From the sequence record ON210137.1: a stretch of DNA of 64,000 bases. One strand, given 5' to 3'. Source of the DNA: Escherichia phage EC150. Of the stretch, positions 17,048 to 27,246 are shown piece after piece. The notes beneath the pieces are model-generated. The model ran no database searches. It was not told where the DNA came from and worked only from the letters and a program-made list of their open reading frames with translations. Position numbers and translations under genes: made by a program. Every line of letters begins with the position of its first letter. Positions within the stretch are counted from its first letter, which is position 1.

Positions 17048-17968
17048 ATGACGATACCAATCAGCACGTTTCCTCTATCTGGACAAACGCCAGTATTGCC
17101 TGCTGTATATGCTAACGGTTTGGCGATTGTTTCAGAATTTACATCCGATAAAAACCTGATTGTTCCATTGAGTCCGCCATTGGCATCTGGATACAATTCA
17201 GTTGGTCAATTCTTTATGATCGGTAATGATGGCGATTCTACCAGCAAGCCGAATCTGACACTTTCAGTTCCCAAAATGAACATAACAGACGTGCAGACTG
17301 GTTTAACTGCATCTACAATCACCATCGCTTTTGGAGAAGCAGTGATTATAGGCATGGAGTCTGGAGGGTCCAAGAATGCTGTCGCCGTTAAGGTAGTCAA
17401 ATCCAGCGGCAACCAATACACGTTACCAGCGGCAACGGCTTCTGTTCTCGGCGGCGTCAAGATAGGAAGTGGCATAAGTGTTGCAGGTGACGGTACAATT
17501 AGTGTTACTCAATACTCGTTACCGATTGCATCAGCATCAACCTTGGGTGGCGTAAAAGTAGGAACGACACTATCAATTGATGGTTCTGGAGTTCTTAATG
17601 CTGCTGCAAGCAATGTGCAAAACACAAGCAATAGTGTAAGCAATCCTCCGACAACTCTGGTGAATCTGGCAACATTAAACCTGCCTGCAGGGAAATGGCT
17701 TGTGACAGCAAGTCAGTTGACTGTCGCAACAGAAGGAGTTCAAGCGAATACCGGAATTACAGTAAAATTGTCAACAAGTAATTCAGATATTACGGATGAT
17801 GCATTCACGATGTCTGCTGGCATTCGGGCTGCAGGTCGTTTCGGCGGCAATATTCCAACAAAGATAATTACTCTTGCCGCGCCTGGCAACGTGTATCTAA
17901 ACTATCAATGCACAGACGCATTGACATCTACCGTTTACGGACAGATCACCGCAATTAAGTTGAACTAA
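17048..17968 (+). CDS. structural protein with internal tandem repeat (putative head fibre/decoration or Ig-like)
   Basis: GAGG Shine-Dalgarno; tandem ~30 aa repeat YTLPAATASVLGGVKIGSGISVAGDG / YSLPIASASTLGGVKVGTTLSIDGSG. Confidence 0.45.
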   Translation: MTIPISTFPLSGQTPVLPAVYANGLAIVSEFTSDKNLIVPLSPPLASGYNSVGQFFMIGNDGDSTSKPNLTLSVPKMNITDVQTGLTASTITIAFGEAVIIGMESGGSKNAVAVKVVKSSGNQYTLPAATASVLGGVKIGSGISVAGDGTISVTQYSLPIASASTLGGVKVGTTLSIDGSGVLNAAASNVQNTSNSVSNPPTTLVNLATLNLPAGKWLVTASQLTVATEGVQANTGITVKLSTSNSDITDDAFTMSAGIRAAGRFGGNIPTKIITLAAPGNVYLNYQCTDALTSTVYGQITAIKLN

Positions 17969-18149
17969 AGAGGAAGTTATGCAAAAGATTATGCAGTCAC
18001 GTTACGTTAAAGTGCGAAATATTAATTGCAACTCTTTGCTTTCTTGGAAATGGGCTGTTTACGACTCGATGCTGATTGGCGTTTTAGTTGCTGGAGTGCT
18101 TTTTAATATTCACTGAATCGCCTGGCAATGGATTGCCGCAGGATTTCAC

Positions 18150-18425
18150 GCGTATAATGACGTATCATCCGTATCAAGTAAGTAGTTGTTTTCAAAAGAA
18201 TCTTACGGATGATACGGATGATACGCGTTGCCGCGATACTTTATAGGAATTCAAATAAATTAATTTAAAATTATATATCTAATTTAATTTTATTTTTTTA
18301 TAAACTCTTATATATGAAAAGTATCCGTATCATCCGTATCATCCGTAGCACACCAGTGATAGCGCGGCTTATACACCGATACGGATAAAAATACGCCTCA
18401 TTTTATCCGTATCATCCGTATCACA
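18150..18425. repeat. Repeat locus B: inverted arrays of GGATGATACG / CGTATCATCC units (CTTACGGATGATACGGATGATACG at 18202-18225; GTATCCGTATCATCCGTATCATCCGTA at 18321-18347) flanking a ~95 bp AT-rich core
   Basis: Read directly; shares the 17-mer CTTACGGATGATACGGA and TTTTATCCGTATCA with locus A at 2.3 kb. Confidence 0.6.
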
Positions 18426-18540
18426 CTAATTAAGGCGCGCGGCTATATCGGTTGTTATACATATTCAAACCATAATTATTGTTTGCCTAAGTTTTTTTCA
18501 TTAGATATAATACACAATACTTATTTGAGGGTGGATGCGA

Positions 18541-19953
18541 ATGCAAACGGCACGCGAAATTGACAAAAATGGATTCTTGACGATTGTGGGTTGTCCCATT
18601 TCGTCATTTGGCATTTTTGATTATTCTGCAGGTCAGGTTGGACTTGATGGTGATCCGAATCGCATCGTAAAAGTTTATCGCCCAGAGTCAGCGGTGAAAG
18701 ACCCCGAAGCGATAGATTCATTCAAAAATATCCCTTTCATCGACAATCACGAAATGCTTTCTGGATTCGAAGGTGATGAGGATAACACAGCACCCGAAGA
18801 GTATGGCGTTGATGGCGTTCTAACTGGCAATGTTTATTATGACAAGCCATGGATGCGCGGCGACCTTAAAGTTTTTAGCCGTCGTCTGAAGAAAGCCATC
18901 GATTCTGGAAAGGTTGACTTGTCTTTGGGCTATGACTGTGAATTCATCATACAGTCTGGAGAGTTTGACGGGCAGCCGTATGAAGTGGTACAGACAACTC
19001 TTCGCGGCAACCACATTGCTCTCGTGGACGTTGGTCGAGTACCAGGTGCACGGGTGCTGGATGGTCGTTGCTTTGACCATCTTTGTTTGACGACTGTAAC
19101 ACCATCCAACGAGGATTTAGACATGCCAAAACCGTTAAAAGGTAAAGCGCGTGATAATGCTGTTGAACAGCTGAAGTCGCTGATCCCTGCGCTCGAACAA
19201 TTTCTGAATGAAGAGAGCACCGAAGCTGCTCATCAGGACGAAGTTGAAGTGAAAGCAGAAGAGAAGGATTCAACCGAAGAACGTGAAGAAGTGATGGTTG
19301 ATCCAGAAGTCAAAGCAGAAGCTGAAGAGACTCCAGAAGGTGAAGAGAAGTTTGAAGTTGAAACTGAATCTCACGCTGGCGGCGAGCTTCCGCAACTGAT
19401 CAGCCAAATCGAAGCACTTATTGCAAAACTGAAAGGTGGCGCGGTAGGTGATGAAGAAGAAGTTGAAGCCGAAGTCAAAGACGAAGAAGTTGAAGTCAAG
19501 GCTGAAGATGTATCACCTTGCGACAAAGCTGAAGATGTGGTTAGCGGCCTGCAAAACAGCAACGTAAAGGGGGCTTCGGTCGAAAAAGATGACAAACCGA
19601 CAAAAGCGGCGAAAGCGTCGCCAGGTCCAGCAAAAGGGGAACACTCAATGGCATCTGATTCAGCAGTTGCTGCTTTCTACGCTGATTCTGCTCGTAAGAA
19701 TAGCCTCTACCAGCGCCTGTCTAAAGTTGTTGGTGCCTTTGATCATGCAACTATGGACTCCAAGTCCGTAGCGAAATATGGCGCTAAAAAGTTAGGCTTG
19801 AAGTGCGTTGATGGTGCTGAGTTTGACGTGGTGGATAATTATCTGCGCGGCGTTGAACACGGTCAAAAACAGCGTGTAGTCGCAAAACAAAAGGCTGCTG
19901 CGGATTCTGCAGCAACTGACGAAGCGTTTGAAGCTTGGTTGAAAGGGGAATAA
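18541..19953 (+). CDS. prohead protease / scaffolding fusion protein (putative)
   Basis: Globular N-terminal domain followed by long acidic Glu-rich coiled-coil region; immediately upstream of capsid genes; GAGGGTGG Shine-Dalgarno. Confidence 0.55.
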   Translation: MQTAREIDKNGFLTIVGCPISSFGIFDYSAGQVGLDGDPNRIVKVYRPESAVKDPEAIDSFKNIPFIDNHEMLSGFEGDEDNTAPEEYGVDGVLTGNVYYDKPWMRGDLKVFSRRLKKAIDSGKVDLSLGYDCEFIIQSGEFDGQPYEVVQTTLRGNHIALVDVGRVPGARVLDGRCFDHLCLTTVTPSNEDLDMPKPLKGKARDNAVEQLKSLIPALEQFLNEESTEAAHQDEVEVKAEEKDSTEEREEVMVDPEVKAEAEETPEGEEKFEVETESHAGGELPQLISQIEALIAKLKGGAVGDEEEVEAEVKDEEVEVKAEDVSPCDKAEDVVSGLQNSNVKGASVEKDDKPTKAAKASPGPAKGEHSMASDSAVAAFYADSARKNSLYQRLSKVVGAFDHATMDSKSVAKYGAKKLGLKCVDGAEFDVVDNYLRGVEHGQKQRVVAKQKAAADSAATDEAFEAWLKGE

Positions 19954-19955
19954 AC

Positions 19956-20573
19956 ATGACTTTCCAAACTAGTGTAGGCCGTCAATATACAACTGGCTTT
20001 CCTGGCGACATCGTTCGCGACGGCCCACAGCGTGGGAAGCCAGGCCGAATTGCCAACGCTAACGAAGGCGCAAACGTAAACGCCATCAGCCGTGTGTTCG
20101 GTTTTAAGACTGACGTATCCTTAATGGGTACTGGTCAAACCAAAACTTTGGGCGCGCAGGACTTTGAAGTTGAGCTGGGCGGCACTAACTACTACGGCAT
20201 CCTCGGCAATAGCAAGCGTTACGCGCTGTATGGCAACTCTACTGGCCCTTTGGGTGCCAGCATGGTTCTGCCTCAATATAGCGAAGGCGAGTTCTATGAT
20301 ATGTGCACGGGCCTCGTAGTTGAAGTATTCAACCCAAGCACCAGTCCGCAGACGCTTAACTATGGCGACCTGCTTGCTTATGTACCTAAAGGCATTTCCA
20401 GCGGTAACAACCCGAACAACTTGCCTATTGGTGCAATTATCGCCTATACTGGCTCATTGCCAACTGGCATGGTTGCCATCCCAGGCGGTATTGTGATTGA
20501 CCCGACGACTATTGCCCTTTCCGGCCCAAGCGTCCAGTCTTCCACTTATACCATTGTACAATTGACTCGTTAA
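19956..20573 (+). CDS. capsid-associated protein (putative decoration/minor capsid)
   Basis: Position between scaffold and major capsid genes; Gly-rich. Confidence 0.4.
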   Translation: MTFQTSVGRQYTTGFPGDIVRDGPQRGKPGRIANANEGANVNAISRVFGFKTDVSLMGTGQTKTLGAQDFEVELGGTNYYGILGNSKRYALYGNSTGPLGASMVLPQYSEGEFYDMCTGLVVEVFNPSTSPQTLNYGDLLAYVPKGISSGNNPNNLPIGAIIAYTGSLPTGMVAIPGGIVIDPTTIALSGPSVQSSTYTIVQLTR

Positions 20574-20587
20574 TAGGCAGGTGAATA

Positions 20588-21727
20588 ATGACTCGCATTA
20601 GCCAAACACACTCTCGCCTCCCAGCGAGCAAGGTGCGCCCTTTTGATATGCAATCCGTGACCGACGCGGCTGTTTCCCAGCTTGCGCGTATCGGTATTGT
20701 GTTTGATTCCGCGATTGTGCGTGATCAGATTGAGCACTTAAACCGTGCAGGCGCTTTCCGCGTAGGTGACGCCGCATTTACTGCGCCGCAGACCACGCCA
20801 TCAATCCCGACCCCGCTGCAGTTCCTGCAACAGTGGCTGCCTGGCTTCGTCAAAATCATGACCGCTGCCCGTAAAATTGACGAGCTGGTTGGTATTGATA
20901 CTGTTGGTCAGTGGGAAGATGCAGAAATCGTTCAGGGCATCGTTGAACCAGCTGGCACCGCAGTTGAATATGGTGATTTCACCTCTATTCCTCTGGCAAG
21001 CTGGAACGTGAACTTTGAACGCCGTTCCATCGTTCGCGGTGAAATGGGCATGGCAGTCGGCATGCTGGAAGAAGGCCGCGCGTCTGCGATGCGTCTGAAC
21101 TCTGCAGAGACCAAGCGCCAGCAGGCTGCTGTATCTCTGGAAATCATGCGTAACGCAATCGGCTTCTATGGTTGGTATAACGGGAACAACCGCACGTTCG
21201 GCTTCCTGAATGATCCAAACCTGCCAGCGGCAATGACTTCAAACACCACTTCCGGCTGGGCTACTGCGACCTTCCAACAGGTGACTGCAGACATCCGTTT
21301 GATGGTTCGTCAAATCCGTGTCAACTCTCAGGACCAGATTGATCCAGAGAAGGTTGATATGACTCTGGCGCTGCCGACCAACTCTATTGATTGGCTGTCA
21401 AACACCACCGACTTCGGTATTTCTGTACGTGACTGGATCACCCAGACTTATCCGAAGATGAAGATCAAATCTGCACCGGAACTCAACGGCGCACTTGGCA
21501 GTGACCCGACTTTCCTGAACGTGGCATATCTGTACGCTGATCACATCGATTCCTCAATTGATGGCTCAAGCGATGATGGTTCCGTATTCAGTCAACTGGT
21601 CCAGACTAAGTTTATGACTCTGGGCGTTGAGAAACGCGCTAAGAGCTACGTTGAAGACTACGCAAACGCAACAGCAGGCGTTCTGCTCAAGCGTCCTTTC
21701 GCAGTCGTCCGTATGACTGGTATCTAA
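20588..21727 (+). CDS. major capsid protein (putative)
   Basis: 379 aa ORF after protease/scaffold; followed by a strong hairpin. Confidence 0.6.
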   Translation: MTRISQTHSRLPASKVRPFDMQSVTDAAVSQLARIGIVFDSAIVRDQIEHLNRAGAFRVGDAAFTAPQTTPSIPTPLQFLQQWLPGFVKIMTAARKIDELVGIDTVGQWEDAEIVQGIVEPAGTAVEYGDFTSIPLASWNVNFERRSIVRGEMGMAVGMLEEGRASAMRLNSAETKRQQAAVSLEIMRNAIGFYGWYNGNNRTFGFLNDPNLPAAMTSNTTSGWATATFQQVTADIRLMVRQIRVNSQDQIDPEKVDMTLALPTNSIDWLSNTTDFGISVRDWITQTYPKMKIKSAPELNGALGSDPTFLNVAYLYADHIDSSIDGSSDDGSVFSQLVQTKFMTLGVEKRAKSYVEDYANATAGVLLKRPFAVVRMTGI

Positions 21728-21752
21728 TTGCTGTGATTACACAGTAAAACAC

Positions 21753-21782
21753 ATGGGGCGTGGTCGAAAGGCTTCGCCCCAT
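21753..21782 (+). terminator. GC-rich hairpin (ATGGGGCG ... CGCCCCAT) after major capsid gene
   Basis: Inverted repeat read directly; weak T-tract, so may be partial terminator or processing site. Confidence 0.45.
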
Positions 21783-21842
21783 ATCAATAGACCTCAAGGG
21801 CTGTAGGGGCTTATCTGAGGCTTATATAAATAGGACTACAAA

Positions 21843-22307
21843 ATGCCAAAATACATCGTTTCAACTATGTCTATGTCAGTCAACTACACTTTCTATACGG
21901 AAGTGAAAGAAAACCCGAATGCAAAAGCTGGTTCAGGCGCTCTTCCAAATATTCGCAAACAGATTCTGATCAAGGGCGGTGCTGGTCTTACTTCGGCAAC
22001 TTCCGGCTTTGGTGAAATGGCAAAAGGCGCTGATGGTGCACCTTTGTGGACTCCTGAAGGAATCGTCACCGTTGTAAGCGATGCTGATTTTGAACATTTA
22101 AAAGATCATCACGTATTCAAGCAGCACCTTGAAAAAGGTCTGGTTAAAGTGGTTAACCACGACATCGTTGGCAATCATAAAGCTGTCGCTAAAGAAGCGC
22201 GCGGCATGTCAGATGACCCGTTCGCACCTATGACGCGTGAGACGGCTGACAAGCGCATCAAGGTTAAATTGAGCGGCGAACAAGAAGATGATTTGTTCCG
22301 CGTTTAA
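21843..22307 (+). CDS. hypothetical virion protein (154 aa)
   Basis: ORF track; position in head-tail joining region. Confidence 0.5.
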   Translation: MPKYIVSTMSMSVNYTFYTEVKENPNAKAGSGALPNIRKQILIKGGAGLTSATSGFGEMAKGADGAPLWTPEGIVTVVSDADFEHLKDHHVFKQHLEKGLVKVVNHDIVGNHKAVAKEARGMSDDPFAPMTRETADKRIKVKLSGEQEDDLFRV

Positions 22308-22321
22308 ATAAGGTGAATGCC

Positions 22322-22777
22322 ATGTCATTAGATTACGAAAAGTTCAGAATAAAATTTCCACAGTTTGCTGATCAGGTAAAATTCCCTGACACAACGCTTC
22401 AAGTATTCTATGACATGGCATGTGAATTTATTGAATCACAAGACAGTCCTTGTCGTGTTTTAAATGGCAGTAAATTGGAGCTGGCATTGGAATATATGAC
22501 GGCTCATCTTTTATGCATAGCCACAGACCAACAGGTGTCTGTGTCTTCTGGTGACGGAGTTGAACAAGGCGGCTTCGTGACTGGTGCAACAATCGGTGAC
22601 ATCACCGTGAATAAGGTAGCGCCGCCTGCAAGTGATGGTTGGGAATACTGGCTTTCAAGCACTCCTTATGGCATGGCGCTTTGGGCGCTTCTGCAAGCAC
22701 TGGCTGTCGGCGGCTTGTCGTTTGGCGGTCTTCCAGAGCGCGAAGGATTTCGTAAAATTGGTGGGGTATTCTGGTGA
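22322..22777 (+). CDS. head-tail connector/adaptor region protein (hypothetical)
   Basis: ORF track; AAGGTG Shine-Dalgarno before ATG 22322. Confidence 0.45.
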   Translation: MSLDYEKFRIKFPQFADQVKFPDTTLQVFYDMACEFIESQDSPCRVLNGSKLELALEYMTAHLLCIATDQQVSVSSGDGVEQGGFVTGATIGDITVNKVAPPASDGWEYWLSSTPYGMALWALLQALAVGGLSFGGLPEREGFRKIGGVFW

Positions 22778-23160
22778 GGATTCCTGGCGTAAACTTATAT
22801 CGAGTTGCGACAAAGGTCATCGGTCGCCAACCGATTCAATATTACATGTACAAGGGGCGCACTCTTGATAAAATGCGCAACTACGTTACCACTTATGAAG
22901 AACCAATCACGCTACTTGCTTCGGTGCAGGCTGTTCTTCGAAATCAATACGTCGAGCTTGGATTGGAGCTTCAAAAGAACTATGTCAAAATCTGGGTAGA
23001 CAAAGACATTGTTGACCTTGACCGCGACGCTTCCGGCGACTATTTTGTGTTTGGTGGGAAAACGTATAAAATGGAAGATGAAACGACATGGTTTGACCAA
23101 GATGGTTGGACGACTTGCCTTGCCGTGGAAATAAAACAAAGCTTTCCAGTGTCTACTTGA
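22774..23160 (+). CDS. hypothetical virion protein
   Basis: ORF track; GTG start overlapping upstream stop; in-frame ATG 22846 is an alternative. Confidence 0.45.
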   Translation: MRIPGVNLYRVATKVIGRQPIQYYMYKGRTLDKMRNYVTTYEEPITLLASVQAVLRNQYVELGLELQKNYVKIWVDKDIVDLDRDASGDYFVFGGKTYKMEDETTWFDQDGWTTCLAVEIKQSFPVST

Positions 23161-23167
23161 GGTGTAT

Positions 23168-23743
23168 ATGACAGATGTCGACCTGATTGACATGCTGGCA
23201 ACGCGAATTGAAGAAGGTCTGGCGGCGTATAGTCGTGCAGACCTTTCTGCTGTTCCGGTCCAGAAAAAGTATCAACCGACTCAACAGGGTATTCCGACTG
23301 GTGACCAAATTTGGTTTAACCTTTTATTCTCAGTTCCGTTTGGATGGTCCATGAGGAAAAGTGAATTTGTCAATGATGAGTCTCAATTTGTAAACGGAAA
23401 ATTCAAAGATATTGAAGATCAAATATACGCTACACGTTTTCAAATCAGCGGCTTATTTCCAGAAGTTCCTGGCAATCCAGAAAAGCCTACTGCTAATGAC
23501 GTATTGACTTATTTGGCAAGATTCATAACTCATAAAGCGAATTTGAGGGATTGGTTCAAAAAGCATCAGGCATCAGTATATCGAATCGACATGAATAATA
23601 ATGAAAAGTTTTATGATGACATGTCGCAATTTGAATCATTCCCTTCTTTTGATTTGGTAATACTTCACAGAAACGCAATTTCAATTGATACTCCTGCTGT
23701 TGCAAGAGCTGTTAATAATGATTTGGGTGATATTCCGGTGTAA
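23168..23743 (+). CDS. hypothetical virion protein
   Basis: ORF track; GAGGTG Shine-Dalgarno before ATG 23168. Confidence 0.45.
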   Translation: MTDVDLIDMLATRIEEGLAAYSRADLSAVPVQKKYQPTQQGIPTGDQIWFNLLFSVPFGWSMRKSEFVNDESQFVNGKFKDIEDQIYATRFQISGLFPEVPGNPEKPTANDVLTYLARFITHKANLRDWFKKHQASVYRIDMNNNEKFYDDMSQFESFPSFDLVILHRNAISIDTPAVARAVNNDLGDIPV

Positions 23744-23744
23744 T

Positions 23745-24230
23745 ATGACAAAATCAAAAATGATAGAAAAACAGATTAAGGCGCTTCAGTCTATGAAGGG
23801 TCTTACTGTTGAGGCAGGATGGTTTGATTCTACCAGATACCCTTCAGAAACTGGTGGAGAAGGAATACTGGTGTCAGAAGTCGCGCGACTTAACGAGTTT
23901 GGTCACATAGCTGTTTTGAACTTTGGACAAGGCCCAGTCAGGGTAGAAGTGCCACCCAGACCATTCATGAGATATGCCTATGAATTATTCGTTAGTGAGC
24001 GCAGTGAAATAGAGAATAAAATTGCTAAAAAGATTTTTTCCGGTAAAATAGACGCTAGACAGGCATTGGGTCAAATTGGGCTTGCGATGGAAGCAAAGAT
24101 TGTCGAATCAATTAAAAACGGACCGTGGCAACCAAATGCCAGATATACTGTACGTGTGAAGGGATTCGACAAGCCTTTGATTCACACTAGCCTCATGTGG
24201 CAATCTGTCAGCAGCCAAGTCATTAAATAA
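23745..24230 (+). CDS. virion morphogenesis / tail completion protein (putative)
   Basis: ATG 23745 directly after upstream stop; position immediately before tail sheath. Confidence 0.45.
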   Translation: MTKSKMIEKQIKALQSMKGLTVEAGWFDSTRYPSETGGEGILVSEVARLNEFGHIAVLNFGQGPVRVEVPPRPFMRYAYELFVSERSEIENKIAKKIFSGKIDARQALGQIGLAMEAKIVESIKNGPWQPNARYTVRVKGFDKPLIHTSLMWQSVSSQVIK

Positions 24231-24242
24231 GAGGACACCGAC

Positions 24243-25781
24243 GTGATCAGTCAATCTCGTTATATTAAAATTGTATCAGGGGTCGGAGCAGGCGCGGCTG
24301 TTGCAGTTCGCAAACTGTCGCTTCGCGTCATGACTTCTAATACAGTTCTGCCGCCGGGCATTGTAGCAGAATTTTCAACGGCTGATGCTGTTGGATCATA
24401 TTTCGGTTATTCTTCCGAAGAATATAAGCGCGCAGCATTATATTTTGGATTCATCAGCAAGCAAATTAACTCGCCTGATTCAATCAGCTTCTCGCGTATT
24501 GTTTCAACTGCGATTCCAGCAATGGTCATCGGTGATACTGAGCCTAAAGTGCTTGCTACGTTTCAAGCATTCACTGGCGCTATTTTAAGCATCACTTATG
24601 ATGGCACAGACTACCTGACTGACGCAATTAACCTTTCAGCGGCAACAAGTCTGGCGAATGTGGCTGAACTTCTGGAAACGGCAATCAATACTAAATTTGC
24701 AGCAGAAGGTGGCACGTCGGTGCCTGCACTTGCTGATGCAGAAGTGTATTGGAACGCTAATACTCAGCAGTTCACGCTGGAAGCAGCGCCGTCGACCGCT
24801 GGCGCAGGCAACCTGTCTATCAACGTCACAGGCCAACCGACCGACCCGTCTCAAGCATTGGGTTGGACCACCACTGGCACCGTAACCGTTGCAGGCCAGG
24901 GCGTTTCAAGTCCGGTAGAAGCAATCGCAGCATCTGTGGAAATCTCCAACAACTTCGGCTCATTCCTTTTTGCTGGGGCTGACCGAACTCTGGAAGAAAT
25001 TACCGCTGTGGCAGCGTGGAATCATTCGCAGAATAATATGTACATGTATTTATTCTCGACTTCGTTTGCTAATATCGGGTCATACTACACCGCTCTGAAA
25101 GGGTACTCAGGCGTTGGCATGATGATTCGCGCAACTAACCTTGCCAACGATTACATCGACCAAGCACCTGCTGAAATCCTCGCGGCAACAAACTATAATA
25201 CTGTGAATGCGACTCAAAACTACATGTATTATCAGTTTGATACTCGCAACGTGACTGTTTCAACTGACTCTCGCGCAGATACTGCTGATCAAAACCGTGC
25301 GAACTACATCGGCGCTACTCAGCAGGCCGGACAAACCTTGGCATTCTTCCAGCGCGGCGTATTGATGGGCGGGTCAACAGCAGCAGTTGATATGAACACT
25401 TATGCCAACGAAATGTGGCTCAAGTCTGCTATTACATCTCAGCTGTTCAGCATGTTCTTGAATCTTGGTCGCGTCCCTGCTAACGAAGAAGGGAAAGCGA
25501 CTGTGCAAGCCATGATTCAGGTTGCTGTGGATAACGCAAAAGTGAACGGCACCATCTCTGTTGGCAAGGCGCTGACTGAGATTCAGAAACAATACATCAC
25601 GCAAACTTCCGGTGACAACACTGCTTGGCGGCAGGTTGAAACTATCGGTTACTGGCTGACTGTAGATTTTGATACTGAAACCACTTCCGATGGGCGCACC
25701 GAATACTATGCAACATACACGCTAATCTACTCTAAAGATGATGCTGTGCGTCGCGTTGAAGGTCGTGACGTTCTTATCTAA
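24243..25781 (+). CDS. tail sheath protein (putative)
   Basis: 512 aa ORF followed by a small tube-like gene; AAGAGGA Shine-Dalgarno; GTG start. Confidence 0.6.
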   Translation: MISQSRYIKIVSGVGAGAAVAVRKLSLRVMTSNTVLPPGIVAEFSTADAVGSYFGYSSEEYKRAALYFGFISKQINSPDSISFSRIVSTAIPAMVIGDTEPKVLATFQAFTGAILSITYDGTDYLTDAINLSAATSLANVAELLETAINTKFAAEGGTSVPALADAEVYWNANTQQFTLEAAPSTAGAGNLSINVTGQPTDPSQALGWTTTGTVTVAGQGVSSPVEAIAASVEISNNFGSFLFAGADRTLEEITAVAAWNHSQNNMYMYLFSTSFANIGSYYTALKGYSGVGMMIRATNLANDYIDQAPAEILAATNYNTVNATQNYMYYQFDTRNVTVSTDSRADTADQNRANYIGATQQAGQTLAFFQRGVLMGGSTAAVDMNTYANEMWLKSAITSQLFSMFLNLGRVPANEEGKATVQAMIQVAVDNAKVNGTISVGKALTEIQKQYITQTSGDNTAWRQVETIGYWLTVDFDTETTSDGRTEYYATYTLIYSKDDAVRRVEGRDVLI

Positions 25782-25787
25782 ATAATT

Positions 25788-25805
25788 GCCGCCGTAACTG
25801 GCGGC
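25788..25805 (+). other. hairpin GCCGCC-GTAACT-GGCGGC between sheath and tube genes
   Basis: Inverted repeat read directly; no T-tract. Confidence 0.35.
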
Positions 25806-25828
25806 CATCTCTCTGAGAGGAATCTGTA

Positions 25829-26296
25829 ATGATTAACGTTTCCGGTTTTGGCGCTTCGATTCGTTTAGTGGCATCAAACACTTTTCCAAATGGTGTAACC
25901 CTTTCTGATTTCGCAGATGATGCTGATCCGATTGACGCGCCTGATCTTCAAATCTCTGAAGCCGCAATGGGGCTTAACGGTGACCTGGTAGTCTGGAACC
26001 GTGCCAACCCTCTTGAAGTAGGCGTCAACATCATCCCTACTTCTGAAAGCGATGTAAACTTAGATGTTCTGGCAGCGGCTAACCGTGTAGGCAAGCGCAA
26101 GAACTCTGCGAAAGACGTGATCACCCTTATTCTGACCTACCCTTCTGGCATGGTCATTACACTGAACAAGGGCACTTTGACGACTGGTTCAGTAATTCCT
26201 GGCATCCAGTCTCAGGGTCGTGTAAAAACACGTCAATATCGCTTTAAGTTTGAGAACGTAGTCAAAACTGGCGTGAGCAACCAAGAGATTTTATAA
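25829..26296 (+). CDS. tail tube protein (putative), paralog A
   Basis: 155 aa directly after sheath; N-terminus MINVSGFGASIRLVA closely matches CDS 27247..27744. Confidence 0.55.
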   Translation: MINVSGFGASIRLVASNTFPNGVTLSDFADDADPIDAPDLQISEAAMGLNGDLVVWNRANPLEVGVNIIPTSESDVNLDVLAAANRVGKRKNSAKDVITLILTYPSGMVITLNKGTLTTGSVIPGIQSQGRVKTRQYRFKFENVVKTGVSNQEIL

Positions 26297-26625
26297 TGTA
26301 TCAAATACCACTTGACAGCGTACCTAACCAGAATATCAGCTTTAACGTTGACGGGGCTTATTGGCAGCTGCACATATTCGCCGCAATTGAGCACATGTGC
26401 GCAGATGTTTACCGCAATGGCGAATTGTTGATTCAAGGGGTGCGCTGTTTTGGTGGTATACCAATGGTGCCTTATAAATATCTCATGATTGGGTACGGCA
26501 ATTTTATTTTTGACAGCACGCCCGATTATGAGAACTTTAATTCTGGCGGCTGTAATTTATATTACATGTCAGAATCTGAGTTGGCTGAATTCCAGAAAAC
26601 TGCTGAAGCGGAGTTTGCAATTTGA
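26296..26625 (+). CDS. hypothetical tail protein (109 aa)
   Basis: ORF track; start overlaps upstream stop. Confidence 0.45.
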   Translation: MYQIPLDSVPNQNISFNVDGAYWQLHIFAAIEHMCADVYRNGELLIQGVRCFGGIPMVPYKYLMIGYGNFIFDSTPDYENFNSGGCNLYYMSESELAEFQKTAEAEFAI

Positions 26626-26978
26626 CAACTCTAACGATTGAAGTTAATGATAACAACGACCTGTTTCTGCCTGATGGAAGAAATTTGAATATTCTGTCAG
26701 GAGAAAAGGCCATGGTACAAGTTATCAAGGCAGCGCATCAAATGCGACTTGGTGAAGACTTGTACGATGTTGAAAACGGAGTCGATTATTTAGGCACTGT
26801 TTTCAAATCGCCCGTTGATGAAGACGGTGCGAGAAAGTCGATTGCAGATGCTATTCTGAAGAAAGCAGACGTTGCCGGAATCGACTCATTGACTGTCACC
26901 ATCCAAAACGGTATTCTTGGATTCACCGCTGAAGTGGTGACTATTTATGGCGAACGTATAAAGGTGAGTAATCAATAA
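26622..26978 (+). CDS. hypothetical tail protein (118 aa)
   Basis: ORF track; TTG start overlapping upstream stop. Confidence 0.4.
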   Translation: MTTLTIEVNDNNDLFLPDGRNLNILSGEKAMVQVIKAAHQMRLGEDLYDVENGVDYLGTVFKSPVDEDGARKSIADAILKKADVAGIDSLTVTIQNGILGFTAEVVTIYGERIKVSNQ

Positions 26979-27244
26979 TGGCACAAGTAATTCATTTTGC
27001 TAATGGCGTCATGAAATTTGGCGAAAAATTTGAAGACGCATCTGAATTATTTAACAAGACTTCAAAGCCTGTTGTGGAGAAGAAAGAACAGGTTGAAGAG
27101 AAGGCAGTAGAATCGAAAGTTGATTTTGATTCGATGAGCGTCTCTGAATTGAAGGCTTATGCAAAGGAACATGAGATTGACATCAAAGGTCTTTCTTATA
27201 AGGATGAAATTCTTGCAGCAGTTAAATCTGCATCTGCGGAGTAA
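26978..27244 (+). CDS. small protein with C-terminal HeH/SAP-like motif (88 aa)
   Basis: C-terminal MSVSELKAYAKEHEIDIKGLSYKDEILAAV resembles HeH/Rho-N type helix-extension-helix motif. Confidence 0.45.
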   Translation: MAQVIHFANGVMKFGEKFEDASELFNKTSKPVVEKKEQVEEKAVESKVDFDSMSVSELKAYAKEHEIDIKGLSYKDEILAAVKSASAE

Positions 27245-27246
27245 AC

